A stretch of 60,000 bases of DNA. Source: Lama guanicoe. Its lineage: Eukaryota. The notes below the pieces were generated by a model. It made no database searches, had not been told where the DNA came from, and saw only the letters and a list, made by a program, of their open reading frames with translations. Below are positions 1-12,583 of the stretch, one piece after another. The stretch lies in the NCBI GenBank assembly GCA_013239625.1, contig MU054391.1, forward strand, positions 932,001 to 992,000. Direction: 5' to 3'. Both the position numbers and the translations under genes were made by a program. How positions within the stretch are numbered: position 1 is the first letter of the stretch; the number at the start of each line of letters is the position of its first letter.

Positions 1-887
1 CACAGGACATTTGCATCAATATCACAGAAGCAAAATCTACAATGAACAGATTGCCATACAATTCTACAGGGAGCAATTAAACTCGTACATTCCAGTTCTG
101 AGACACTGTAAACTTCCAGTTACAAGTTAGCATCAGTACCTGTAGCGCAAACGGACCTCCACCTCGCTCTTCACTAGTCGATAAAAAGATCTCCAACTCG
201 AATGAGGTAAAGCCCGCCCACAGCAAAGACCTTTCCACCAAAACAACTTGGCAAAAACAGCCGTTCCGCCCGCATTTGAATGTCTAGGTGATTTACTTAA
301 AATAATCCGAAACTACTCTGAGGGGAAGAACAGGCAGGTGCTAGTAAGGTGATTTGCTTCATTCTTCTATTGGCTCGTAGGTAAATCCAACAGAAAAGCA
401 GCCGCACAGAAGCAGCCAGCCTCCGTGGCTCTCACGGGAACAACGAGGAGGGCGTTCGCTGAGCACACAGGCGGGGCGTGAGGCACGGCAGGCCTGAGCG
501 ACCGGCTTCCTCCCGAGGGAGGATTCGCCTGGCCCAGCCGGGTCGGGGTTCTGGGGGGGACCCGTGTGCACCTGTCCTGGAGCCACGGAGGCACAGCGGG
601 TGGTCGGGGCAGGGCAAGGGGGGACGTGGGCTCTGAGGAGCCTCGTCACAGCATCCTCTGGTTCCTCTGAAATTGGCGTCCCTGAGCAGGGATCCACTTT
701 GGTCTGCCTCACAACCGTTTGCCGTGTGTTAGTGTGTGCCCTGTGGACTGCGCCTCCAGGTCACCGGTGTGGAAGCAAGGGAGGGTGTGTGCAGTCACAG
801 CAGTCACGTCAGAGGCACACTGGTATGTCAACCTATTTGTTGGTAAATAAGCTTGTGAAGAACCTTGTCTTATACGTCACGCAGCCA

Positions 888-1130
888 TTTTTAATGCCCA
901 TTTGTACAGTAAAACCCAATGGACACGTGTCAACCTTTTGAGTGTATTTGTATAAAAATGAAAAAAGTTAAAGAAACGACAACCAGTTTGTACCGTCATA
1001 CACTTAAAATTTCTTTGTGGTGGAAAAAAAATTGAAAGTGAGGACAGACAAGTGACCCATCCAAGGCCACACAGCAGGCTCTGACCCAGGTCTCAGGACG
1101 TTAAGTCCCTTCCACCGTGTGCTCAGCGCA
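888..1130 (-). mobile_element. MIR SINE fragment split by an unidentified ~125-bp insert
   Basis: cccatttgtacag (897-909) and gaaagtgagg...gtgacccatccaaggccacacagc (1034-1075) match the two halves of the MIR core in reverse orientation. Confidence 0.45.
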
Positions 1131-2798
1131 TCCACGGTGACGTGTGCTCACAGCGAGCCACTGGGAGATGAAGGGCTGCCTGACTGTGCATGTGACAACA
1201 GCAGTGATGGAATGTGGGCCCAGCAGGTACGGCACACATGCTAGGAAACGCTGAACCGCATGGGATGACTATCTACACGGCACAGGGATGCAGGTGATGC
1301 TGGAGTCAGCCGGCGTCTGGAAGACGTGACATGGAGGATCCTCGCACTCCCTGATCTGCTCTGGCTCTGTTCCTCACGAACTTTATGACCTTGGACAAAG
1401 CTCCAGTCCAGGGGCAACTCTGATCATGCTTAAATACCAGGCTCAGCTGGGTGGCCTCCGTGGCCCTGCCAGCCCGAGACTGCGGAGGGCTGCAGCTGAA
1501 GCACCCCTCTCCACAGCGAGCTCTAATCCGCACAGTGGCACTTGGCTAAGTTCGTTTAAAGTTATGCGCACATTTTAAGCGATGCACCTGATAGACAAAA
1601 CAAAGTGTGTCTTTTCCTGTCTGGAAAGTCCCCTTCTATTGAATTTATTTTTATTTGCTCCCGATCCTCCCTCTTTTGAGAAACAAGGAAGGAAGTTTTT
1701 TTTAAAGGTATTACCCAGACTTGGCCTTAATGCCCCCAGAGAGCAAACCCCTAATCACAGAATCTACCGTGTTTCTGGACAGAGACAGAAGGCAGAACAG
1801 GTTGCAGGCACAAGTCCTTCATGTCAAAGCAAATGTCAGAGGAAAAGCTCTGGTATTTGGTCGCGGGCTCCCCTCTCTCACAGGCATTTCCTAAATCCAC
1901 GTTTGATGAGCTCGCCCCGCCATCAATCCTGCCCGTTCCCTCTGGAGCCGTGCCCAGCGCGCTTCATGGAAATGTCACCGTCCAGGACGGCCATTACTGG
2001 CGCCGCAGCAATCAGGCCCAACGCGGAGCGGGTCGAATTCAGGTGAGAGCGAGAACTGCAATCAAGCCCGCGGACGGAGAACAAAGCCATTTTCTTTCAT
2101 TTGCCGTCAACACACCCATCAGGCCTTAATTACAAGGCGAGCGTGGGGCTGGCTGCTGAAAGGCTGATTATGACACAGCTCAGCTCCAAATCAGCTCTGT
2201 ATTGATGGACCGCAGAGAGAGGAAGCCAGCTTGGCCCCGTGAAAAGGAACAGGCAGGGGGGACATGCTCCGGGGAATAAAAATAACTTCGAAAGGGAGGG
2301 GGCTGAGTACCTGAGAACCAGCTGAAGCACGGCCCCGCCAGTAACTACCGGCTCGCCGGGCGCTCAAGTCAACGCAGGTGCACCTGCTCCGGACAGAGCT
2401 GCTGGCTCCCTGGCAACCTGTCTTTCCAAGCAACATTCCCCACAGACCCCTGCCCCAGCTCCAATATCCTGAGTACATTCTTTGTTTTTACTCCTAATTT
2501 TCTGCAGTCAACTCGAGAGCATTCTAAAATAAGTTCCCAACTCATCCGTCTAGGTATCATATGTGTATAATATTTATGTTATACACTTTGCTTCTGTCCA
2601 CATGAAAATATCAAAGTTCAGTTCAAAATGTCCTCTAGAGACTGGGATATTGACATTTAATTGCAAGCCTAACCATCTTTGAATAGAGCCTATGCAGTCA
2701 AAACAAACGTTCTATTTACTGGTAAGAATTGTGCGTCTGTGCACACACGCACACGTCCTATGTCAAAACACATACTTATGTATAAACTAAACACAAAA

Positions 2799-2836
2799 TA
2801 TTCCTTAGTATTACCTTAGTATTCCTTAGTATTACC
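2799..2836. repeat. Short tandem repeat, alternating tattccttag / tattaccttag (about 3.5 units)
   Basis: Read directly: tattccttag tattaccttag tattccttag tattacc. Confidence 0.9.
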
Positions 2837-3824
2837 AAAATTCCATTGCAAAACTGACGGCTCCACAAGAGAGCATGACTCAGAGCTCCCATGTTCAAGG
2901 CTCTAAAGAAGATTCCACTTGGACACGGGGTGGGGTGCAGTCCTGTGGGGGTAGGGGTCCACACGTCCAGCGCCCAGTCAGCCTGGGAGGGAGCTCGGAA
3001 GTGCTCACCAGAGGCACACACCCCGCAGGCTGGAGTTACTCAGGAGCACTACAGAGCTGAATTCTTCTAAGGGGCTCACGTTTCCTGCTGTTCTAAATGA
3101 CCTTGAGAAGCAGCCCCCATGTGCCTGGACTGGGCTCCATCAGGACAGGAAATCCCAGGTTCCACAAATCCCTGCCCATCCGTCTTGTTCCAGACTTTCA
3201 TTCTCCTGGGACTGCGGTGGCCAGATGCCCAGTTCTCCTGGATCATTGTTTGTGGGGGGGGGGTGTCAATGGTAGGAGCCTAAGGAAATGAGAGGGAAGC
3301 TTTCTTGCCAATGAGCTGGTCACGTTGTGGGGCGCAGTGGGCAGACCTCGGAGTGATGTGATTCTTGTAATCCATCTCCAAGGTCAATGAAAAGATAAAA
3401 GCCTTGCTCTGCCCCAGATGGACCTCGAATTCCTCCCGTTTCCTTGGCTACTGAAGACCTGAGAAGTGCAGATTCTGTTACACACGCCTGAAAGCAAACA
3501 CGTTAACGACTGGAAACCATGACGGAGAAAATAAATCTCAGCTGTGGCCTCTGTGCTCGCCAGCAGTCAAGACACAAATACGAAGAGGGTGTCTTGTCAG
3601 ATCGTACTCTAGGTACAACAGGCAAACCCTCACTGGTCGCTCCACATCCTCCCTCCCAGCAGAGGCAAGACGATCTCCCTACAGATTAAATTAGACGGCT
3701 CTGCTCCCCACCCAGGATCTTCAGTGGCTCCCTAGTGCATCACAGGCTCGAAACCTACAGGGTGTCATGAGAACTAACCCTTCTTACCTCTCGTAACTCT
3801 CAGGTTCCTTACGATGGTCTACTG

Positions 3825-4250
3825 CAGCAGTTCTCAAAGTGGCTTTCAAAGAACCCTAGGGGTTCCTTAGGCCCTTGCAGGGAGTCTGTGAGGTCCTCCC
3901 TCATCCAGCCATCTTCACATGCTTCAGTCAAAGCAGTTTAATGCCAGATGTTGACTGCAGATGCAGAAGAGAGTTCAGCTGTCCCCAAAGGGATTTGCTA
4001 AGTGTGAAACAGTGACTCTGTTTTGATGATTTTTCTTTTTCATAGAAAATATGGTTACTTTTCATAAAATGATATTAATAATGCATAATGTTTTCTTTTA
4101 ATTGTGAGTTAAATAGATGCATGGTAAGAAGTCTCAATTTTAATTTTTAACATGGTAAATGTAAATAACTCTCATAAATGGAATCTCTGTGAGGCCTCAG
4201 AATGTGAATTGTGTACCAGGCCCTTGGAACCACACCCTTGAGAATCACTG
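3825..4250 (+). mobile_element. hAT-Charlie non-autonomous DNA transposon (Charlie1b-like) inserted in an L2
   Basis: Terminal inverted repeats cagcagttctcaa / ttgagaatcactg; internal gactgcagatgcagaagagagttcagctgtc and AT-rich 3' half resemble the Charlie1 consensus. Confidence 0.7.
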
Positions 4251-4279
4251 ACCAAAAGCACTGATTTTGCAGTTTGTCG

Positions 4280-4635
4280 CACTTACGCACATACTGAAGT
4301 CTTTGCGCCTCGGGGCCTTTGCACATGCTGTTTCTTCTGCCAGGAACACTCTTTCCACACCCACATGTTACCTCTTCCTCGTTAAAGCTAATGCCTCATT
4401 CTCTGCAACAGCCCTGCAATTTTACCTTATTCAGGACCTCGATTTTTAATTTTTTTAGTCTTTTTTTTAAAACATTTTTTATTGATTTATAATCCAATTT
4501 TTAATTGGTTATTTATTTTTCTCTTCTCTTATGGGAAGAAAGTTCACTGAAGACCAGGACTCATGTAACATTCCTTGCTGTCTTCACGGTGTCTGGCATA
4601 TGGGAGGCACTTGTGAGGATCTGATAAACGAGCGT
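4280..4635 (+). mobile_element. L2 LINE 3' end (an upstream L2 part lies at about 3690-3820)
   Basis: ggggcctttgcacatgctgtttcttctgccaggaacactctt and cacggtgtctggcatatgggaggcact are diagnostic L2 3' motifs. Confidence 0.7.
4442..4506 (-). mobile_element. Extremely 5'-truncated young L1 3' tip with poly(A) and 10-bp target-site duplication
   Basis: Reverse strand gattataaatcAATAAAaaatgtt plus A-rich tail; atttttaatt at 4442-4451 and 4497-4506. Confidence 0.65.
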
Positions 4636-6839
4636 GTAGGTGAATGGACCAGATAAAGGGTTGTGACATCTCAGGAGAGACCACTACCATCAGTGTTTGG
4701 AAGCTTCTTTGTCCATATTCAAGTATTTGGCAGATTCCTATTTGTCTAGTACATTTCAGTGAGGTCTTCCTAGGTGACTGGAGGCTGTGTCCTGCCATGG
4801 AGGCTTCTGGAAACCCTGGGAGCTGAGGGAATGTTCCCCTGTGATCCAGGATGGAGAAAGGACGAACATGAGGGAGCCCCAGAACCTTGTGCGTCTCGGG
4901 TGCCTTTTAGGTGCCAGATTGTAAAGAACGGGTCACAGGAAAGGATCAAACTAGCAGGTCAGGTCTGAGTTTGCCACGTAAATACCATCTGCTTTCACTG
5001 GGATTAGGGACCCTGGGAAAATGGCAGAATCCTGTCCCTTATGAAAAATACGTGAGATCATCCTGTGATGTACTTTTAATCTAACTAAACAAAGGGCGTG
5101 CCAACCCAAAGCTGCCCACACTGACGGTCGTAAAGCAAGTTCCTCGCCCTCTGCCGGAGGTGGAGACCTCCGTGTCTCTGGAGCAAAGAGAAAACGGTGC
5201 TGACGAGAGTCGGGGCTGGGCGGGCGGTGCCCACTGCTTCAGTGTGAGGGGAACCGGCCAGCGTCCACGTCAGTGAACAGGTGTAACACCAGCTGCATAT
5301 AAAGACACAGTGGGCCACTCAAGACCCCTGACTAGGGAGACACGGAAGTGCGCGGGTCACACAAATGCACTGGGGAAGCCTGCTTTCATAAAGTCACAAC
5401 GGCCAGTTTCACCCCAAGAGACACATCCTCCCACCATCTTCGGGTGCTCAAGTCAGTGTCTGGACTGGAAAAATCTTTAAGTCTCTCTGGACTTCAAGAA
5501 TGAAAGCAATGCCTTTGCCAAAAAGATTCAATAATTAATAATCATGAAAATGCCTGAATGTCTGAAAACACAGTGAAATGATGTACCCAGAGGGCCCCCT
5601 CCTGGTGCTGCGGCACACTCCACCACACACAGCTCGTGTAGTTTCGCTTCTTAACTTGATGAAATGGGACAAACACATGAAGCTTTTCCGCATATCCCCA
5701 TCTGTGAAGCTTCAGGATGTGTTACCAATCTGTGCTGGGTTTGGAACATCACCCATACAGTTTATAATCTTTGGTCTTCTCTTCACATCTGGCAAGGTCT
5801 GAAGAAAGACGAAAGAGTAAGAACTTAAATAAACTAATGGGCAGTTGGGTGCTGCATCACTCAAGGCCGTGATGCCGTCAGATGTGGAAACAGAAGCAGG
5901 GTTGAATAGGTCAATGTTTGGACAAGAAGATGGTGAGCCCCAGGCTGTGGAGGCGGTTCTAGAGATTTGTGAGTGGATCCCGCCTCTGGATGCCATTTGA
6001 GGTGGAGGGGTTTCTCGGAATATGAAGAAGGCCAGAGTTATATTTCATACTCATGACTTAGAGTCAAAGATTTGAGTGTCATGTATATAAAATGATTTAT
6101 AATGAAAGGTTTATTTTGGTTCTCTGAACCATTATACTGATTTTAATTTTTTTTCTTTCATTTATTAATAATGTTTTCCCCAATGATCCGTAAGATTAAT
6201 GATTGGCATTTTGTTGTTGTTAATCATGCTCTATCTTCCGTTAGAACATTTCAGAAACTTCTCAATGCCGAGAACTTTTGCATCACTTTGAAACCAAAAT
6301 TTACAGTTAAACTGCTTTGTAACATTATACAGGGAAGTAGGGAGGCAGGCAAACAAGCCACACGGTGATCCTTCTGCTGGAACAGGCTGTGCTGCTGGTG
6401 GAGACCAGGCTGTGACTACAGTGACTACTTGTAACTGCCACTTGCCCCGCCTACTTCATCAGGACTGGGAGGGAGAAGCCTCCATGCACGGTGCCCCAGG
6501 AGGCTGGCGTCTGTCCAGCTGCTCCACAGCTGTCCTGGCTGGCTGTGAAGAGGTCTTCCAACCAGACCAGACCTTCTCCTCAATTCTGTACCAACAACTC
6601 TAAGAACTGTGTTGTTAGTTTTTAAAAGGGGTAAATGGACACTGTGACATGGAATATTATTACTGTCACCTTCCTCACAGGACACTCACCTATGGAATGT
6701 TAGAACTTCGATGCTGGAAAGGATCTTGGAAATCATCTACCCCAGTGGATGGTTTTCAAAGGTAACTAACACAATCACGTAGGGTAGATGAAGAACTGAG
6801 TGGTTCTGATTGGGGAAATGGTGTGCAATCTTGTTTCAG

Positions 6840-8800
6840 AATAACTCCCTTGCCAGTAACAACCATAAAGACTAGACTCTATGTATATAATCTGCTTGGA
6901 GGCGTTGGAGAGTGATCATAATTTGCACAGCCAAGATTCCAGGCAGAAAGAGGCCAGAGAGATGGGGCCCATATTTAGTACCACTTGTCTACCTTGAGAC
7001 ATTTACTGATAGCTAGAGTAACCCACAGGGATCTGAGTACCTGAAAGGAGAGTCTGATGATACTGCATGATGGAGCCCAAGGCGCGCTGAGAGGAAGTTT
7101 CCTGGTCCACACCACAGATCTCCAATCATGACCCTTTAGGGTCGCACCCCAGGAGCAAAGGTAAACTGGAAATAGTTGTCATGGGTACTGGAGAACCATC
7201 TCAAGCCCTGATTTGATTGGAGAGATCTTCCCTAATCTACATGCTTGAAGGGAGCAAAAGCAAATACCTTCTGGAGGAAGATAACACAACATACAGTCTC
7301 AACACAGAACTACAATTTTTATCTACAATGTCTGTAATTAAAACAAAATATGAGAGGCATTCAACAAGGTAGGTTCACCAAAACCCAGGGGGGAGAAATA
7401 ACAAAAAATAGAAACAAGTATGTTGGAATTACCTGACAATAATTTAAATTGGTTATCATGAAAATGCCTAAGGAATTTAACACAATGTTGGACTTCAGGA
7501 GATAAATAAAAGTTCTAAAAATCAAATGGAAGTTTTATAGTGGAAATGATAACAATAGAAATAAGAGATCCAACTGATGGTTTTAACAGAATTTGCCTGG
7601 ATGAAGAGAAAATTAGCGAACTGGAAAGTAGGTCTTAAGACAACATCATAATTAATATACAGAGAGAAAAAATAACATTAAGTTAATAAAACAATATTTT
7701 TAAAATCAAGAGGAAGAATTTTCCAAAGTGATGAAAGACACCCACCCACAAACTCAAGAAGCACCAGAACCCCCAGAGGGTGAACACAAGGACACCTGCG
7801 CCCGGCGCCTCCGGGCAGAGCCACTGGAAACCACACCAAGGAAAAGCAGTTCAATCGCCAGCAGGTACTTGCAGCTAAGTTCTTAACAGAAACACTGGAT
7901 TCAGAAGACAATGGAATTCTATATGAAAAACGCTTAATGGAAGTAAACACCAATTTTGTAAAAAAGGTCCTTCAAAAGTGAAGGTGAAGAAAAGACATTC
8001 TCAGACAAGTGAAAAATAAAGGAACTTTTATCAGCAGATTCAGATTAAGGAAAATGTTAAAAGATTCTTTAGTCAGAAGAAAATAATCTGATTGCAGCTC
8101 AGAGATTAATGAAGAAATGAAGATCAATCAAAACAGTGAATGTGTGAAGAAATCTAAGTGATCACTGACTGTAAGATAATAACAATACATTTTAGGAGTT
8201 ACTGTGTTCATAAGAAAATATTATGTATGACACGTATTTATACGCTGCATACATTACCTCCCCTACAAGGTGAACTAGGTGAGCAGAGATGCAGTTAAAG
8301 TATCCGTGAGGTTGCGGAGTTTGCAGAAAGAAGTGAAACTACAACAGTTACCACGGTTAGTGGGTCAAGACGCACAGTGACTTCAGTGACCAGTGAAGCA
8401 CAGTCGAAGGAGGTATAACTGACAAGCTAATGGAGGTAAAAATGAAGAGTATAAAGTCCTAAATTCAAATAAATTTGAGAAGAAACTCATGCAAGTGGTG
8501 GAAAAAATACAGAGCCACAGCAAACTGGAGAGCGCGCCCCGTTAACAGGCACACGCTGAGCTGTGAAAGCTCAGCCTAGACCCAAGCCCCAGGCACCACC
8601 CCCAGCCACGCGCGGCTGTCAGCAGCCCCGCCTTAGATGCTCGGCTCAGGGTGTCCCCAGAAGGGTGAGGACAATGCGAATGCCAGCGCACACAGTCTCC
8701 TACAGACTTGTAAAAATACGGACACCGAGGTCTAACTTGGTCATCACGGTGTTAGCAATCCTGGCCGGCAGATGTGACCGTGTTGTCAGAACTGCGTGCA
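6840..8800 (+). mobile_element. Ancient L1 (L1M/L1ME type) 5'UTR, ORF1 and start of ORF2, degenerate
   Basis: ORF1 motifs gaaaattagcgaactggaa, gaattttccaaagtgatgaaagac, ccttcaaaagtgaaggtgaagaaaagacattctcagacaa; many stops. Confidence 0.75.
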
Positions 8801-10104
8801 GCGGGTCTGACGAACGGTGTGCCTGAGACACAGTCATGCAGCCTGAACTGTCATCTTAGCCATGAGGAGACTGAGGCTGGAAGAGAAAACGACTTATCAA
8901 ACCCTTTCAACCACGATCTCTTCAGTACTTAAGGGTCAGCTACTATGAGCTAAATGACGAAGTATGTTTCTTTAATTCGTCACTTGTACAAAGCGGTAAT
9001 ACAAGTGTAGAAATGACTATGAAACAAGACAGAAAAGGAAAAAGACCTTAGAAAAGGGACGAGCAACCCATCAGTTAGAGAAGAGAGAGGCGGGTGCGCA
9101 GGGGGCCACTTAGTCTTCACAGAAGAAGGGCTTTTCACCCGGATTATAAAGAGCCGGGTGGCTTGAGCCGGGTGGGAGCTAGGGGAGGTCACAACAGCGA
9201 GCTCTCTGCAAACAGTGCCCTCAACAGCAAAGCCAGCTCTGGGCCTGCTTCTCATAAGGTGCTCAGCCTTTGCTTTGAAAAGCAAATACCCTTTGTGATG
9301 TGAGATATTTTGAAATGCCAAGTTCTCAAGGTAACGTCGTTTTCAGGGAAACGGTGCCTCAGAGCAGATGGAGGAGCATAACAGACTGCCACCTTGGGCC
9401 CTCCACGTCCTCCGGCCACACAGCTGACCGCAGCGGGTGTGGTCCTGGACCGGCTGAGCAGAGGCTGCTGCGGGAGTGAAGGGCCGCGTGTCCAGCCAGC
9501 TCCCCAGCGTCTCCAGGGTGCCATCCCCGGGTCCACGGAGAACGGTGGGGCCACGGAGGGGAGGAGTGCAGGACCCAGAGTGGCTATGTGGGGCAGAACC
9601 CCCTCCCCGTCACCGAAGCACTCGGCGCGGTTCCCTTTACCCAGCCCCTTCTCTGACCCCGCGCCCTCCTCCCTCTAAAGCACTGCTCCCCTCCCCCCGG
9701 GAGCTGTCCAGTGAGGAACGTCACCGCCTGCCGAGTCCCCGGCCACAGGAGGAGCAGGCAAGGCAGACACGCTTCAGCCCCGCGGGGCCCCTCCGACGGG
9801 CTGGCGGCGCAGGGGCGTTCAGCGGGCCTCCCAGAAGTCAGAGGACACTCAGAGGATGTCGCTTCCCACCCACGGTGTCACCATGCAGCTCTCTGGCTTC
9901 ACCACCAGGCAAACGCGGCTCCCACGCTCTTCCCCCCGGGCTGCGCCTTCACGTAGGCCGAGCCCTCACGCCTGTGTCGGGTTTTACGGTTTACGACGTG
10001 CACTTCTGGACGCTGTGGCTCAGCTCCCACAGGGGCGCCCAGGAAGGGCAGGCAGCGATCGTCTCCAGCTGACGAGACGGACCGAGGGGGCCAGCACCCG
10101 CCAA

Positions 10105-10512
10105 TGTGTTAGGCTCACGCGGCTGCTGCAGCAACTCAGTGTGAGTTTAGTGGCTGGAAACAACAGAAGTCTATCATCACGCAGTCCTGGAGGTCAGGAG
10201 CCCAGGGCTGCCGTGCTCCTCGTCTCCGGGGATCCATTTCCTTGTTTCCCCTACGCTCCTGGGCTCCCGGTCCCTCCTCACGCCACTCCTCCCTCTGCAT
10301 CCATCACCACGGCCCCGCCGGGCTCCGTCCCTCCTGCCTCCCTCTCACAAGAACTTGACAGCTCACTGGGTCCATCCAGTGACGCAGGGTAATGTCTCCA
10401 CCTCGCGATCCTTAGCTGGATCACGTCTGCAAAGTCCCTCCTGTGGTGTGAGGTGCTGGGGATCAGGATGTGGGCAGCTTCGGGAGCCACCGCCCTTCCT
10501 GCCCCGCTCACA
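10105..10512 (-). mobile_element. ERVL-MaLR solo LTR (MLT1D-like)
   Basis: ttagtggctggaaacaacagaagtctatcatcacgcagtcctggaggtcagga and gatccttagctggatcacgtctgcaaagtccct match the MLT1 reverse-strand consensus. Confidence 0.8.
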
Positions 10513-11779
10513 CGTCTACACTGCACATGCGTGTAATATGTGGCCGGGGGAGTGGACCATTGGACGGGGCGGAGAGGCCGGGCTTTCTGTGGGCATGTCT
10601 GTCCAGCGACAGCGATGCTTCGTCCAGAGAGGGGATTCCTCAAACACCAGCAACAGCCAGGGGAGTGAGGTGGCCCCTGTGCTGGCCGGGCCGAGAGCTG
10701 GGGTGTCAGTGAACTCAGCCCTCTAGCGCTGAGCCGTAGGGGAAAGGCCAGCTGGTTTCCGTGTGTCAGGTGTGCTCAGTCCCCGCCTTGGCCCGGCTGA
10801 TTCCCACCAGGGGGGACCCACTCAAGGCCAGTGTGCTCTGGAGACGTCAGCAGAGCACACTGACATTCAGTCGGTAAGATACGGCAGGTCGTGCTCTGCA
10901 CACGAACACCCTGAGCCCCTGTGAGTGACCTAAAGTAAGTTGGACCCAGGGTCAGTCCAGTTACCGAGGCAGAGAAAGTAGATCCAAATTCTGAAAAGAG
11001 CTGACTGTGAGACAAAGGCGGTGCGGGTGTGGTGAAGCAGGCGCGCCAGCTCCCCACTGACAAAGCTGGGCAGACGCAGTTACTGGACGCTGCGACCTGG
11101 GTCCAGGGACCCGACTCGGCCAGCTGCTCCCGGGGGACTGCTCAGGACAGGCGGAGAGTGAGCCTGCCGTCCAGATGGTCCAGCTCATTTCTCCAACTTG
11201 ACCACGATCTAAACTCTAACAATCTTGCATGTTTGCCATCAATGGTTAGTTTTTTTTTTTTAACTTTAAGCAAATTTAAACTTTTAGTGGTATGTTAAGC
11301 TAAAGTCCTTACTCGGTAGTTTACCACTGATGACAAATTAACTTTTAGGTGTGGAAAATACCAACAGCCTCCACGACCACCCCCTGCAGCCTGTCTAACG
11401 GCGTGCAGGCATCACTTGAGAAGCAAGAAACAGCGCTTCCTAGGGGAGCGAGCAGCCAGAGCGACCAAGCGTGTAAACAAGGCAGAAGCGGGGCCTGCAC
11501 ACCACAGTTGTCTCTCTTGTTCTTCACTTGTATTTTGTTCATTTCTTACCACGTGAAACGTAAGCAAATCTTAACCTACCTCTTTTTTGATTCAAGTAAA
11601 TTACAGGTTGTTAATGTTCCCTAAATTCTTTCAGGTCTGTTTTTCATAAAAAAAGGCAGGGAAAGACTGAACGAAGCACGTGGTGCATGGAATGGAGAAT
11701 CCAAACTGAATGGTACTGGTTCTCGGATCTCTAGACCGTCCGCTTCCAGCGCGGCCTGTGTGAGACGTCTCTCTCCCTC

Positions 11780-12460
11780 TGTCCACTGGCAGCCATGCCC
11801 TTAGCTCAGGTGTCCCCCTGCGTCACTGGACAAAGGCAAGACCAGCCCTTCTGGAGCCCCGACCCCAGTACTGCTCGCGCCCCGGACCTCTCCCCCCTCT
11901 GCTCCGTGCCACTGGGCTCTACCTCCTGAAGCACGTTCTCAATGATGCATCTCCACCCCCACCCCACCTCTAGGGCAGTGTCCGGAACCCTTCGGTGGTC
12001 AGCGCAGCCCTTTGACTTGGTTCTCGCCGATGCTCTGGTCACTAGCACCTCCGTCCCCACCTAGTGCTCCACGTCACAGCCAGGGCCATGGCCTTGTGGC
12101 TTCCGAAACACTCTCGTCTGAGCCGTATCCTCACGTCTGTGCACAGCGCACGTCTGTGTACAGCTGTCTGCACCATCCCCTTCTCCTGCCCTTGCTGTTT
12201 ACCTAAGGAAGCCGTAGCTGTCTGCCAAGACCAGCCCGTGTGGAAGCTCTCTTGGTGCCACTTCTGTGGGATCAGAGAGGAAACCCAAGGGTTATTGGGT
12301 CCACATCTCAGTCCACCTTCACACGGCACTGAATTTATTTATCTGTCTGTCCCTCCCTGGGGTGCAAGCAGCTAAGGGGCAGGACTGTGTCTCCCAGATC
12401 TTCCTGCCTCATCACTGGACACAGTGTCTGGAATGTTGCAGAAACTCGGGAATCAAATTA
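11780..12460 (+). mobile_element. L2 LINE fragment, highly diverged
   Basis: Ends in the L2 3' motif ggggcaggactgtgtct...ggacacagtgtctggaatgttgcagaaactc. Confidence 0.5.
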
Positions 12461-12583
12461 AAACACGGCAACACGGTAAGAGAAAAAGCAGAATGTTGCT
12501 TGGTTCATCCTTCAGTATGCACGGTAGGCCGTGCTGCCTCTCTGATACCCCCTCCCACACACAGAGCTGCTAGAATAAGTATA

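Noticed and set aside
1531..1555. cacagtgg...gctaagttc resembling miR-27
   Set aside because: The match is interrupted by extra bases and there is no precursor hairpin.
9400..10100. CpG-rich stretches here and at about 14.0-14.9, 29.6-30.1 and 38.8-39.0 kb as promoters
   Set aside because: No clear core-promoter layout; regional GC-biased substitution also makes neighbouring dead repeats CpG-rich.
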